From NCBI GenBank assembly GCA_963823555.1, contig CAWGMA010000001.1, forward strand, positions 1,152,001-1,216,000: a stretch of DNA of 64,000 nucleotides, read 5' to 3'. Below the pieces are notes generated by a model, which was not told where the DNA came from, made no database searches, and saw only the letters and a program-made list of their open reading frames with translations. Origin of the DNA: Candidatus Eiseniibacteriota bacterium. Its GTDB lineage: Bacteria; Eisenbacteria; RBG-16-71-46; CAVPCR01. Of this stretch, positions 10,570 through 20,497 are shown one piece after another (within the stretch, counting starts at the first letter, position 1; every line of letters begins with the position of its first letter). Position numbers and translations under genes: made by a program.

Positions 10570-11904
10570 ATGGCGCGCAGGAATGGACGCGGTTCGAAGA
10601 GTCTGGCAGAGACCATCACCCAGTTCGAGCGCTCGGAGCTCAGGCTCCTGCGCTCGGCAAGCCTGGCCCAGGTCTTGAGTCAACGTGAGGCGGAGCGGCT
10701 CGAAGAACGGTTCACCCAATCGTCTTCGCAGAAGCGGTCATCGGATGTGCTGGCCGCGGCCATCCACCTCAACAAGCTGCTGAGTGCTTCCTTGCGCGAC
10801 GCGGCGGCGAGCGAGAAGCCGGGAGTGCAGCCGCAGTTCGAGGTGCTGGCCGAGATGGCCGGAGCGCTCCGGGGTGAGGCTCGTCCCGCCGACGCCCTGG
10901 TGCAGCTTCTCACGCTCCTGGGTCAGCTCGTTCCCTATACGCGGGCGACCGTCTTCGTCTTCGACGAGCTCAAGCAACGGCTCGATCCGATGGCTGCAGT
11001 GGGGGGTCGCGTGGACCTCATCGAAGGGGTCTCGTTCGAGCTGGGGAGCGGCTTCTCATCGTGGGTCGCCAAGCGCAAGAAGCCGACTCTTCTCACCGAC
11101 CTGCAGCGCCCGGCGGCCGAGGGCGAGGAGCCGCTGCGCTGCTTCATGTCGGTGCCGGTGCTGGTGCACGGCGAACTGGTCGGTGTCCTCAACCTCGGGC
11201 ACCGGGAGGCGCGCGCCTTCGATGAGGATCACCTGCGTCTGGTGAGCGCTGTGGCCTCGTTCCTGGGCGCGACGCTGACGCGGGAGGTGACCGCGCTCAG
11301 GCTTGCCGCGCAGGCGGCCAACGATCCCCTGACCGGAGTTCTCACTGCCAAGCAGCTCGAACGCCGGAGCTATGAGGAGACCGATCGCAGCCGGCGCTAC
11401 GGTGATCCGCTCACCCTCCTGCTGCTCAAGGTGTCATCGTTTCCCGAATTCGTGGCCGCCCACGGTCTGGGCACCGCCGAAGCGATGCTTCGTGAGCTCG
11501 GGTCGGTGCTCAAGTCCACCGTTCGCTGCGTCGATCCGGTCGGGCGCGTCGGTACCGACGAGTTCGCCATGCTCCTCGTGCACACGACGGCACCTGAAGC
11601 CACGGCGGCTGCCGAGCGTCTCGTCGAGGCGGTGAGCCGGCACAGCTTCCCGCGCCGCAAGCGGATCAAGGTCGATCATGCGCTCGCCGCTTTCCCGGAG
11701 GGCGGCGAGGACTTGCGTGAGCTTCTGGCCAGCGCCCGCCAGCGACTGGCAGTGGCGGGCACCACCTCTTCAGCATCTCCGGCTGGCGATGCGGCGAACC
11801 CATCTCAGGCCGCCGCGGCCGGCGAGCCTGGGCATGGCGGCGCGGATCCGGAACGGCCCTTCGGGTCCCTCGATTCATTCGCCGACCAGGAAGACGAGTC
11901 GTAG
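10570..11904 (+). CDS. GAF domain plus degenerate GGDEF protein (GTDEF, RxxD I-site retained)
   Basis: GAF (FMSVPVLVHGELVGVLNL...AFDEDHLRL); DPLTG; RCVDPVGRVGTDEF; first metal-binding Asp region replaced (LLLLKVSSF). Confidence 0.85.
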   Translation: MARRNGRGSKSLAETITQFERSELRLLRSASLAQVLSQREAERLEERFTQSSSQKRSSDVLAAAIHLNKLLSASLRDAAASEKPGVQPQFEVLAEMAGALRGEARPADALVQLLTLLGQLVPYTRATVFVFDELKQRLDPMAAVGGRVDLIEGVSFELGSGFSSWVAKRKKPTLLTDLQRPAAEGEEPLRCFMSVPVLVHGELVGVLNLGHREARAFDEDHLRLVSAVASFLGATLTREVTALRLAAQAANDPLTGVLTAKQLERRSYEETDRSRRYGDPLTLLLLKVSSFPEFVAAHGLGTAEAMLRELGSVLKSTVRCVDPVGRVGTDEFAMLLVHTTAPEATAAAERLVEAVSRHSFPRRKRIKVDHALAAFPEGGEDLRELLASARQRLAVAGTTSSASPAGDAANPSQAAAAGEPGHGGADPERPFGSLDSFADQEDES

Positions 11905-11934
11905 CAGGGAGAGGGAGAAAGGTCTGATCGCCGT

Positions 11935-13665
11935 ATGAGCACCCCGGCCAGGATCCTCGTCGTCGATGACGAGCCGGACATCCGGGAGATCCTCGAGGAC
12001 TTCCTGACGCCGCGTGGCCATGAAGTGGAGGCGGTGGGGACCGCCGAGGAAGCCCTCGCGCGCCTGGCGCCGGGGCACTTCGCGGCCATGATCCTCGACC
12101 TCAAGCTCCCCGGACGTGATGGGCTTGCGCTCCTGGCCGAGGTCCGTGGGTTGGACCCAGAGCTCGCGGTCATCATCATCACCGGCTATGCCACCGCTGA
12201 CTCCGCCATCGTGGCCCTTCGCCGCGGGGCCGATGACTATCTGCAGAAGCCGTTCGAGCTCGAATCGCTCGCTGCGGCCCTCGAGCGGGCCCTCGAGCGC
12301 CGGCAACTGAAGCGGCAGAACCGCGTCCTCGTCGCCCGCCTCCGGCGCGCCAACAAGAAGCTCGGCCGGCGCGGGCTGGAGTTGCAGGAACGCGTGGCCG
12401 AGGCCACGCGCAATCTGCGCCTGCTGCTCGATCTTGCCCGCGGTCTCGGCAAGGACCTCGATCTGGCGCAGACGCTCCATGGGGTCGCCGAGCGCGCCGT
12501 GGCACTCACGCATGCCCGTCTCGGGCTCGTCTTCCTGCGCACGGCTGCCGGCGGTCGCTTCGAGCTCGAGGCGGCAGCCCCGGCGGGCGGCCTCCCCGAG
12601 CCCGAGGCTTCCTTCGGTCCCGGGGAGGGCCTGGCTGGCCACGCGGTTCTGTTCGGCCGTACCCTGGCCCTGGGTCCCGAGACCGATCCCCTGGAGACCA
12701 CCGATCCGCTGAATGTCTTCGCTCCGGCGAGCGCGCTCGCCGTGCCGCTGGTCTGGGAGGGAACGGCGATCGGAACGCTGGTCCTCATCGACAGCCAGAG
12801 CGAGCGATCGGCGGGAGAGACGGGGGAGACGGCTCTGGTGAGCGGCTTCAGTGCCGAGGAGCAGGATCTGGCGCAGACCTTCGCCGCCCATGCCGCCGTC
12901 GCCATCCGCAATGCCCAGATCTACGAGGAGGCTCGCCGCCTCGACCGACTGCAATCCGAGTTCATCGCCGCGGTGTCCCACGAGCTGCGGACGCCGCTGA
13001 CCAAGATGAAGGCCTCGCTCGAGATCCTGGATACCTACTACGCACCTCAGCTCGATGCCTCGGCCCGGGAACTGCTTACGATCTCCGACGGGGCCGTGCG
13101 CCAGCTGGAGGATCAGATCGAGCTCATCCTCGCCTCGGCCGAGGTCGAGGGCGAGATCCAGCTCGATACCGCCGACATTCCCGCCAGCGAGATCCTCGAG
13201 GAAGCGGTCCGTCGTCTGCTGCCGGTCGCCTCACGCAAGGGCATCCGGATCGATGTCAAGGCGACGCCCGCCGGAGTCATGGTGCGCGTCGACCGGCAGC
13301 GCTTCATCCGCGTGCTGGCCAATCTTCTCTCCAACGCGGTCAAGTTCTCCGAGAACGGAGAGCATGTGCAGATCGAAACCGAGGTGGTCGAGAATCGCGT
13401 GCGCTTCCACGTCATCGATCGGGGCGTGGGTATCGAACCCCGGGATCAGGCCCACATCTTCCGTCGCTTCGCCCAGCTCGACGGCTCGTTGACGCGACGC
13501 GCCGGAGGGACCGGTCTCGGGCTCTCGGTGTCGCGCGCGCTGGTCGAGCGCCACGGCGGTTCGATCACCGTTCTCAGCCGACCGGGAGTCGGCAGCACCT
13601 TCACGGTCGAGGTCCCGGTGGCCGCCGCCAGCGCCGGCAACGAGCGCATCGTCAGCGCCGCCTAG
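11935..13665 (+). CDS. Hybrid sensor histidine kinase (REC-GAF-HisKA-HATPase)
   Basis: LVVDDE...DLKLPG receiver; GAF; SHELRTPL; NLLSNAVKFS; DRGVGI; GGTGLGL. Confidence 0.92.
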   Translation: MSTPARILVVDDEPDIREILEDFLTPRGHEVEAVGTAEEALARLAPGHFAAMILDLKLPGRDGLALLAEVRGLDPELAVIIITGYATADSAIVALRRGADDYLQKPFELESLAAALERALERRQLKRQNRVLVARLRRANKKLGRRGLELQERVAEATRNLRLLLDLARGLGKDLDLAQTLHGVAERAVALTHARLGLVFLRTAAGGRFELEAAAPAGGLPEPEASFGPGEGLAGHAVLFGRTLALGPETDPLETTDPLNVFAPASALAVPLVWEGTAIGTLVLIDSQSERSAGETGETALVSGFSAEEQDLAQTFAAHAAVAIRNAQIYEEARRLDRLQSEFIAAVSHELRTPLTKMKASLEILDTYYAPQLDASARELLTISDGAVRQLEDQIELILASAEVEGEIQLDTADIPASEILEEAVRRLLPVASRKGIRIDVKATPAGVMVRVDRQRFIRVLANLLSNAVKFSENGEHVQIETEVVENRVRFHVIDRGVGIEPRDQAHIFRRFAQLDGSLTRRAGGTGLGLSVSRALVERHGGSITVLSRPGVGSTFTVEVPVAAASAGNERIVSAA

Positions 13666-13710
13666 GCGAGAGCTCTCCCGGACCGACTCGAGGCCGACTC
13701 GAATCGCCGC

Positions 13711-14448
13711 CTAGCCGCCGCTCGGTCGTGGGGTGCCCTTGCGCAGCACGAGGATGAAGTCGCTGTTCAAGGGATCGATGCGGCCGAGCGACACGATCCG
13801 CCCGATCAGGCCTCCCGCCGACAGGATCGCGTTCAAGAGCGGATGATTCTTGCGCAGGCGGCGCTGCATCAGGGACTCGTAAGCCGAGAAGTACTCGACG
13901 GTGAGCCCCGCCTCCCGGGCGAATCGATGGAGTGCGCGCGGAGTGGTCGCCGGGCGAAGGTAGGTGGGGAATGGCCCCCGGCTCTCGGTTCCGGCCCGCG
14001 ACACGCCCCACAGTCGCCGGTAGGCCCAGACATGGAAGCGATAGGGCGTGAGCTTGGTGATGATCCCCTTGATCGAGACCAGGTTGGGGAGCGCGAGGAC
14101 CATGAGCCCGCCGGCCTTGGTGGCGCGGACCAGGTTGGCGAGGGCCTTCTCGGGCCGCCGCAAGTGCTCGAGCACGTCCCAGCACACGATGACATCGAAC
14201 TGATCGGCCGGCGCATCCCAGGTTTCGAGGTCGGCCACGATCGCTTCCGCGATCCTGTCGTGGCGAGACAGCTGTTCGGCCGAGATGTCGACTCCGACCA
14301 CGTGAGCCGAGCCGAGATCGACGTGGCTGAGTGAGCCGCAGCCGGCCTCGAGCACTCGGGGCTGGCCCGAGCTCGCGCCCAGCCGATCGAGCACCGCTTG
14401 CAGCTTGGCGATCTCGGGGTCGAGATGTCGATGGGCGGGGCCGCTCAT
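13711..14448 (-). CDS. Class I SAM-dependent methyltransferase
   Basis: VLEAGCG, GVDIS, FDVIVCWDVLEHL, KAGG. Confidence 0.88.
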   Translation of the reverse strand: MSGPAHRHLDPEIAKLQAVLDRLGASSGQPRVLEAGCGSLSHVDLGSAHVVGVDISAEQLSRHDRIAEAIVADLETWDAPADQFDVIVCWDVLEHLRRPEKALANLVRATKAGGLMVLALPNLVSIKGIITKLTPYRFHVWAYRRLWGVSRAGTESRGPFPTYLRPATTPRALHRFAREAGLTVEYFSAYESLMQRRLRKNHPLLNAILSAGGLIGRIVSLGRIDPLNSDFILVLRKGTPRPSGG

Positions 14449-14467
14449 GCCGCTCTTCTTCTCATGC

Positions 14468-16075
14468 CTACCGCTCGATGCCGATCATGACGCGACCGAT
14501 CACGCCGGAGACGTCGCGTGCGGGGTCGTGATTCGCGTTCGTGACCCAGGCGTTGCCGAGCTCGATCGTTGCGGAGAAGGGGCGGGCCGGGCGGAAACGG
14601 AACGAACCAAGAAGACGCCATTGCCCCTCGACGGTACCCCCGAACTCGCTCGCATCAGCCCCGGTCTCCGCCGGGTCGTCGGGGTCCCAGTAGACGCCCA
14701 GGCCATCCTCGCCGCGGTCGAGGCGCTGGCCGATGACGCCGAGCTCGAGCCCGGGGCGGACTTCGACCGCGCCGCGCAGGTGAATGAGACGGCTGTCGGG
14801 TCCCTCCGGATAACCGAGAGGGAAGTCCTGGTGGGCGAAGTCGGCAGCATAGAAGACGCTGTAGACGTAGCGCCAGACCCGGGTCCACTCGGCCACCAGG
14901 GTGGCCGACCGGCCGCGCACATCCCCCGCGAGAAAGGTCCCCAGCTGGTAGCCGATCCGAGTCGGCGACTGCGAGGTCTCGGTCCCCAGATCATCGATCA
15001 GGAGCTCGCCGTAGATCTCGACACCGGCCCGCGGCTGATAGCTGGCATCGATGTCCCACATCACGTTGTTGCGCACCATCGCGTCGCTTTCCCGCGAGTC
15101 GTTGTCGCGCTCGAGCAAGCGGCCGACGAGTGGGTAGGGGATGATACCCACCAGGTACAGGGGCTCGATCCCATCCGCGTTGTAACGCGCCCCCTCGGCG
15201 AAGGCCAGGCGGAGCTTGCGGTTCACCTGCCAGTTGAGGCGGTGGTAGGCGACGAAGCGGTTCTCGGCCTGGCTGAGGGCGCCGTTGACGATGACCGCAT
15301 GCAGGCGCCGGTCGAGGAAGAAGCGCTCGAGGCGAATCTGCGTGAACGGTCGCGAGGTGGGCGAGATGAGGAGGGAGCCGGTCGTCCCGGGGCCGAAGCC
15401 GATTCGATCGCGACCGAAGTGGATGTCGGCGATGCGCGTGTGCAGCGCGGCGAACACCCGGTCCTGGTAGATGATGATGTCGGAGTCCGGGATCAGCGGA
15501 TCGGCGAACTCGTGGCCGCCTTCGACATTGGCGACGTAGAGGTCGGCGAACAGGTGGAAGCTCGGCCACACCATCCAGGAGATGTTGAAGCCGAAGCGGG
15601 TGGAGTCGGTGAGAACGAAGCCGCGCTCGGGGGCCGCCTCGGCCCGGAAGCCGGCGAACGCCGACACGGAGAGCCGGCTGTCCGTGTCGCCGACGCGGAG
15701 GAGCACGGGCTCGGGGCTCGCCGTCGAGTCGAGCCCGCTCGTCCGGAGCGGGTCGGCGAGCGTCGCACGGGCGCGCCCGAGCGCGGGAGCGCCGCTCCGG
15801 AGGGAGTCCGCCGCCACCGCGCGAGCGAGTTCGTAGGCCGGCTGGGGCCGCGCGGTGAGTCCGGGGACCGCGATCTCGCCGCGTACGACGAGCGTCCGGA
15901 GGTCCTCGTACACCGGGGCCGCGACCGGGACGGGGTCGGGGGCCCGCCCATTCCCGGGCGTGGGCTCATCGCCGGCGTCCGCCGCGCCGGTCAGCGCGGC
16001 GAGGATCAGGGCAGCCATGAAGGGCAAGAAGCGAGCGCGCGCCGAGGCCGCGTTCGCGTCCGGGGGATGGTGCAT
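14468..16075 (-). CDS. Capsule assembly Wzi-family outer-membrane protein
   Basis: Signal peptide; FGRDRIGFGPGTTGSLLIS, YGELLIDD, PLGYPEGPDS motifs typical of the Wzi family. Confidence 0.75.
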   Translation of the reverse strand: MHHPPDANAASARARFLPFMAALILAALTGAADAGDEPTPGNGRAPDPVPVAAPVYEDLRTLVVRGEIAVPGLTARPQPAYELARAVAADSLRSGAPALGRARATLADPLRTSGLDSTASPEPVLLRVGDTDSRLSVSAFAGFRAEAAPERGFVLTDSTRFGFNISWMVWPSFHLFADLYVANVEGGHEFADPLIPDSDIIIYQDRVFAALHTRIADIHFGRDRIGFGPGTTGSLLISPTSRPFTQIRLERFFLDRRLHAVIVNGALSQAENRFVAYHRLNWQVNRKLRLAFAEGARYNADGIEPLYLVGIIPYPLVGRLLERDNDSRESDAMVRNNVMWDIDASYQPRAGVEIYGELLIDDLGTETSQSPTRIGYQLGTFLAGDVRGRSATLVAEWTRVWRYVYSVFYAADFAHQDFPLGYPEGPDSRLIHLRGAVEVRPGLELGVIGQRLDRGEDGLGVYWDPDDPAETGADASEFGGTVEGQWRLLGSFRFRPARPFSATIELGNAWVTNANHDPARDVSGVIGRVMIGIER

Positions 16076-16081
16076 CGGCGC

Positions 16082-16111
16082 ATGCTAGGGAGGAGGCGAG
16101 AGCGAAGTCAA
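16082..16111 (-). promoter_or_regulatory. sigma-70-type promoter, probably giving a leaderless wzi mRNA
   Basis: TTGACT-N18-TAGCAT-N6-ATG. Confidence 0.6.
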
Positions 16112-16160
16112 GCTGGCTGGTGTGTCTCCCGAAGCGCGTAGCTCGTTTTGGGTTGGCGGT

Positions 16161-16190
16161 TTGACCGCCGGAAACCCCGTGTGCTAGCGT
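16161..16190 (+). promoter_or_regulatory. sigma-70-type promoter for valS
   Basis: TTGACC-N18-TAGCGT with extended -10 TGC. Confidence 0.6.
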
Positions 16191-16328
16191 CCCTGAGCGG
16201 GTCCCGGAGGTGCGCCGGGACCCGTCTCGCATCGGGTCGTCACACCGCCCAGAGCCGCCGCTTCCCATCCCCGGCGAGTTTCTTCTCCTGCGCCGACCAC
16301 CCGGCGAGAGGAGCGTTGGGAGTCTCCC

Positions 16329-18995
16329 ATGTCCACCTCCGGATCGATCAAGGGACAGAAACCGGAAGGGGCCTACGCCCCGGGGCCGATCGAATCGCGC
16401 TGGCTCAAGCACTGGCGCGAGCACGATCTCTTCCGCGCCGAGGCGGACTCCGGCCGTGAACCGTTCACGATCCTGATTCCGCCACCCAACGTCACCGGTA
16501 GCCTGCACATCGGGCACTGCCTCAACAACACGACGCAAGATGTCATCATCCGTTACCGGCGCATGCTCGGGCAGGAGGCTCTCTGGCTCCCAGGGACCGA
16601 TCACGCCGGGATCGCCACCCAGAACGTGGTCGAGAAGAAACTCCTTGCCTCCGGCAAGACACGCCACGATCTCGGGCGGGGGGCCTTCATTGCCGAGGTG
16701 TGGCGCTGGAAGGAAGAGCAGCACGACCGCATCCTGTCGCAGCTCGATGCCCTGGGTTGCTCATGTGACTGGTCGCGGGAACGATTCACGCTCGACCCGG
16801 GCCTGTCGCGCGCCGTGCGCAAGGTCTTTGTCGTCCTCTACGAGAAGGGCCTCATCTATCGCGGCGATTACATCGTCAACTGGTGCCCGCGCTGCCATAC
16901 CGCCCTCTCGGACGAGGAAGTGGAGCACGAGGAGACTCGAGGCACCCTGACCACGGTGCGCTATCCGCTCAAGTCGGGGGAAGGTGCGATCGCGGTGGCG
17001 ACCACGCGACCCGAGACCATGCTCGGCGATACCGCCGTCGCCATCCATCCCGAGGACGAGCGCTACCGGCACCTGGTGGGCCAGGTGGCGATCCTGCCCC
17101 TTCTCGGCCGTGAGCTTCCGATCGTCGCCGACGACCATGTCGATCCCGCCTTCGGCACCGGAGCGGTCAAGGTGACGCCGGCGCATGATCCCAATGACTT
17201 CCAGATCGCCGCTCGCCATGACCTGCCCGCGATCAAGGTGATGGACGGCGACGGCCGGATGAACGAGAACGCGGGGCCCTTCGCCGGACTCGACCGCTTC
17301 GAGGCGCGCAAGCGCATCGTGGCGGAGCTCACCGCTGCGGGTGCCATCGTCGAGGTCAAGGAGCACGGGCACACGATCGGGCACTGCCAGCGCTGCGCGA
17401 CGGTGATCGAACCCACCCTGTCGCGGCAGTGGTTCGTGCGCATGAAGCCGCTGGCCGAACCCGCGCTGGCGGCGGTTCTCGACGGACGGGTGGTCTTGAA
17501 GCCCGAGCGCTGGGTCGGTGTCTACCGGCACTGGATGGAGAACGTCCGCGACTGGTGCATTTCGCGGCAGCTGTGGTGGGGGCATCGTATCCCGGCCTGG
17601 ACCTGCGCTGCCTGCAGCCATCTGGTCGTGTCCGAGGAGGATCCGACGACCTGCCCGGCCTGCGGGGGGACTGCGCTCGAGCAGGACGAGGACGTCCTCG
17701 ATACCTGGTTCTCGTCGTGGCTGTGGCCCTTTTCCACCATGGGCTGGCCGGAGAAGACGCGCGACCTCGCCTCCTTCTATCCGACCCAGTTCCTCTCCAC
17801 CGGGCCCGACATCATCTTCTTCTGGGTGGCCCGCATGATCATGGCCGGGCTCGAGTTCATGGGTGAGGTGCCGTTCACCACCGTGAGCTTCCATGCCATC
17901 GTGCGCGACGGCCAGGGCCGCAAGATGTCCAAGTCGCTCGGCAATTCCCCCGATCCCCTGGCCATCATCGCCGAGAACGGCGCCGATGCGCTCCGCTTCA
18001 CGCTCATGTTCCTGGCTCCCACCGGCCAGGACCAGCTCCTGTTCGATGCGGCTCGCATCGAGACCGGGCGCGTGTTCGCCAACAAGCTGTGGAACGCCGC
18101 CAAGCTCGTGATCGGGAACCTGGACCAGGTCACGGCGGACACGCCGACCCCGGCGGCGAGCGACCTGACGCTGGCGGATCGCTGGATCTGGTCGCGCTTC
18201 GCCGCGGCACGGGACCAGGTGGACTCGGGACTCCGGGACTACCGGATCCAGGAAGCGGCCAAGGCGATCTACGACTTCTTCTGGCACGAGTACTGTGACT
18301 GGTACCTCGAGGTGATCAAGGTCCGCCTCTACGGGGAAGATCCCAGGGCGCGGAATACGGCGCGCCTGGTTGCGTACGAGGTGCTGGAGGCGAGCTTGCG
18401 GCTCCTCCATCCGATCATGCCGTTCCTGACCGAGGACCTCTGGCAGCGGTTGCCCCATCGCGGGCTCTCCATCGCGCGGGCACCATGGCCGGAGGCTCGG
18501 GCTCGCGACCTCGAGGCGGAGGCCGACATGGGGTTCCTGATGCAGGCCATCACCGCAGTCCGCACGATCCGCTCCGAGATGAACGTGCCTCCCGGTCGCG
18601 AGGCGGAGGTGATGGCCCATGCCGGCGGTCGCGAGGCGGCGCTGCTCGAGTCGGGCCGGGAACTCATGGCCACGCTGGCCCGGGCGCACATGGTCATCGA
18701 TCCCGCGGCGGCGCGTCCGCCTTTCGCCGCGGCGGCGGTGGTGGGGGATAGCGAGCTATTCGTGCCCTTGAAGGGGCTCATCGATCTCGACCTCGAGCGC
18801 CGCCGGCTCACCAAGGAGCTGGAGCGGGTCACGAAGGAGCATGCCAGCGCCGAGGCTCGCCTTGCCAATGAGCAGTTCCTGGCCCGGGCCCCGGCCGAGG
18901 TCGTGACGCGGGAGCGCGATCGGATGGGGGAGCTCTCGACGGTGAGCGCCAAGCTCCGGCGAACCCTGGCCGCGCTCGGGGAGACGCCGACGTGA
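16329..18995 (+). CDS. valS: Valine--tRNA ligase
   Basis: PPPNVTGSLHIGH, DWCISRQLWWGHRIP, KMSKSLGN, C-terminal coiled coil. Confidence 0.97.
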   Translation: MSTSGSIKGQKPEGAYAPGPIESRWLKHWREHDLFRAEADSGREPFTILIPPPNVTGSLHIGHCLNNTTQDVIIRYRRMLGQEALWLPGTDHAGIATQNVVEKKLLASGKTRHDLGRGAFIAEVWRWKEEQHDRILSQLDALGCSCDWSRERFTLDPGLSRAVRKVFVVLYEKGLIYRGDYIVNWCPRCHTALSDEEVEHEETRGTLTTVRYPLKSGEGAIAVATTRPETMLGDTAVAIHPEDERYRHLVGQVAILPLLGRELPIVADDHVDPAFGTGAVKVTPAHDPNDFQIAARHDLPAIKVMDGDGRMNENAGPFAGLDRFEARKRIVAELTAAGAIVEVKEHGHTIGHCQRCATVIEPTLSRQWFVRMKPLAEPALAAVLDGRVVLKPERWVGVYRHWMENVRDWCISRQLWWGHRIPAWTCAACSHLVVSEEDPTTCPACGGTALEQDEDVLDTWFSSWLWPFSTMGWPEKTRDLASFYPTQFLSTGPDIIFFWVARMIMAGLEFMGEVPFTTVSFHAIVRDGQGRKMSKSLGNSPDPLAIIAENGADALRFTLMFLAPTGQDQLLFDAARIETGRVFANKLWNAAKLVIGNLDQVTADTPTPAASDLTLADRWIWSRFAAARDQVDSGLRDYRIQEAAKAIYDFFWHEYCDWYLEVIKVRLYGEDPRARNTARLVAYEVLEASLRLLHPIMPFLTEDLWQRLPHRGLSIARAPWPEARARDLEAEADMGFLMQAITAVRTIRSEMNVPPGREAEVMAHAGGREAALLESGRELMATLARAHMVIDPAAARPPFAAAAVVGDSELFVPLKGLIDLDLERRRLTKELERVTKEHASAEARLANEQFLARAPAEVVTRERDRMGELSTVSAKLRRTLAALGETPT

Positions 18996-19094
18996 GTAGA
19001 ACCAGCCCGAACGCCCTGGCTTCCGCTGGCCGATCGGGGATCAAGGCCGGCGCCGGTCCTCGAGACCGCGGCTGCCGGCCTGGAGGTGAGTGAG

Positions 19095-20474
19095 ATGTTC
19101 TTCGCTGCTGTTTCGTTTTCCCCCATGCTCACGTTGGCTGGGGTGCTGCTGGCATCGACCATCCTGGGTGTCACGGCTGCCGGCGCGCGCGAGCTCGCGG
19201 TCACGGTCTACAACCAGGATCTGGGTGTGGTGCGCGACACGAGGATGGTCGAGGTCGAGAAGGGGTCATCGACGCTCAAGATCACCGATGTCGCGGCGCA
19301 GATCGATCCCACTTCGGTCCACCTCTCGGGTGACTTGAATGTCATCGAGCAGAACTACGCCTTCGATCTCGCCAGCGCGGAGAAGATCCTCCATCGCTAC
19401 CTGGGAGAGACCGTGGATGTGCTCGCCGAGGAAGGGCGGAGCTACCGTGGCACGCTGCTCGCCTACGACGCTCAGAACCTGGTGCTCGGCGGCTCCGGGA
19501 GTGGTGAGGAGGTGACCATCGTGGCCCGGGAGGGAGTCCACGATATCCGCTGTCCCTCGCTGCCGGCGGGACTCATCCTGAAGCCCACGCTCATCTGGAC
19601 CGTCGAGGGGGGCAAGAGCGGCGGCCACCAGGTCGAGCTCTCCTACATGACGAGCGGCATGAACTGGCATGCCGAGTATGTCGCGGTCGTCGCCGAGAAC
19701 GACAAGTCGATGGACCTCTCCGGCTGGGTCTCGATCGAGAACCGCTCCGGGGCGAGCTACCCCGATGCCAGGCTCAAGCTCGTGGCCGGCGACGTGCACC
19801 GGGCTCCGCAGCCCAGACCGATGTTCGGGGTCGAGGACGCCCGCATGGCGAAGGGGACGCTTGCCGGCGCGCCGCAGTTCGAGGAGCGTGCGCTCTTCGA
19901 GTACCACATCTACGTGCTCGAGCGGACCTCGACGATCGCCGACCAGGAGATCAAGCAGATCTCGCTGTTCGCCCCGGCCCGGGCCCAGGTGACCAAGACC
20001 TACGAGTTCGACGGCCTGTGGGGTGGGGAGGATGTCAAGGTGACGCTCGAGACCGAGAACAAGGAGGCGACCGGACTCGGCATGCCGCTCCCGGCCGGGA
20101 CGGTGCGCGCCTTCAAGGCGGACCAGGACGGCCGGCTCGAGTTCGTGGGCGAGGATCGCATCGATCACACGCCGCGCGGCGAGAAGGTGAAGATCCGGAT
20201 GGGGAACGCGTTCGACATCAAGGCCGAACGCACGGTCATGGACCAGCGCCGCATCTCTGATCGCGTGTACGAGGAGACCGTCGAGGTGAAGGTGCGGAAC
20301 CGGAAGCAAGAGCCGGTCGAGGTCGTGATCGTCGAACACCCGCGCGGGACCTGGGAGATCCTCGACTCGACCCACCCCTACGAGAAGAAGGAAGCGTTCA
20401 AGGTCGAGTTCAAGGTCAAGGCGGCGCCCGACGAGGAGGCGGTCCTCCGATACACGGTGCGGGTGCGGACCTAG
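19095..20474 (+). CDS. DUF4139-domain secreted protein
   Basis: RBS GGAGG; signal peptide; [57 protein letters not shown]. Confidence 0.85.
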   Translation: MFFAAVSFSPMLTLAGVLLASTILGVTAAGARELAVTVYNQDLGVVRDTRMVEVEKGSSTLKITDVAAQIDPTSVHLSGDLNVIEQNYAFDLASAEKILHRYLGETVDVLAEEGRSYRGTLLAYDAQNLVLGGSGSGEEVTIVAREGVHDIRCPSLPAGLILKPTLIWTVEGGKSGGHQVELSYMTSGMNWHAEYVAVVAENDKSMDLSGWVSIENRSGASYPDARLKLVAGDVHRAPQPRPMFGVEDARMAKGTLAGAPQFEERALFEYHIYVLERTSTIADQEIKQISLFAPARAQVTKTYEFDGLWGGEDVKVTLETENKEATGLGMPLPAGTVRAFKADQDGRLEFVGEDRIDHTPRGEKVKIRMGNAFDIKAERTVMDQRRISDRVYEETVEVKVRNRKQEPVEVVIVEHPRGTWEILDSTHPYEKKEAFKVEFKVKAAPDEEAVLRYTVRVRT

Positions 20475-20497
20475 CGCTCTCGCCTGCTGAGCTGGAA

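Noticed and set aside
10570..10860. RsiG-type E-x3-S-x2-R-x3-Q-x3-D c-di-GMP motif in the N-terminus of the GAF-GGDEF protein
   Set aside because: No match with the correct spacing
13683..13702. Short direct repeat CCGACTCGA x2 between convergent genes
   Set aside because: Too short and only two local copies; not CRISPR or a REP family on this evidence
14405..16141. Long antisense ORFs (e.g. 14405..16141+, 16761..18689-, 22557..24731+, 37727..39637-, 42805..44790-, 57696..59681-)
   Set aside because: Shadow frames of well-supported genes, expected in high-GC DNA; no recognisable motifs
16191..16328. T-box riboswitch in the valS leader (hairpin CGGGTCCCGG/CCGGGACCCG present)
   Set aside because: No T-box GGTGGNACC sequence or specifier stem seen
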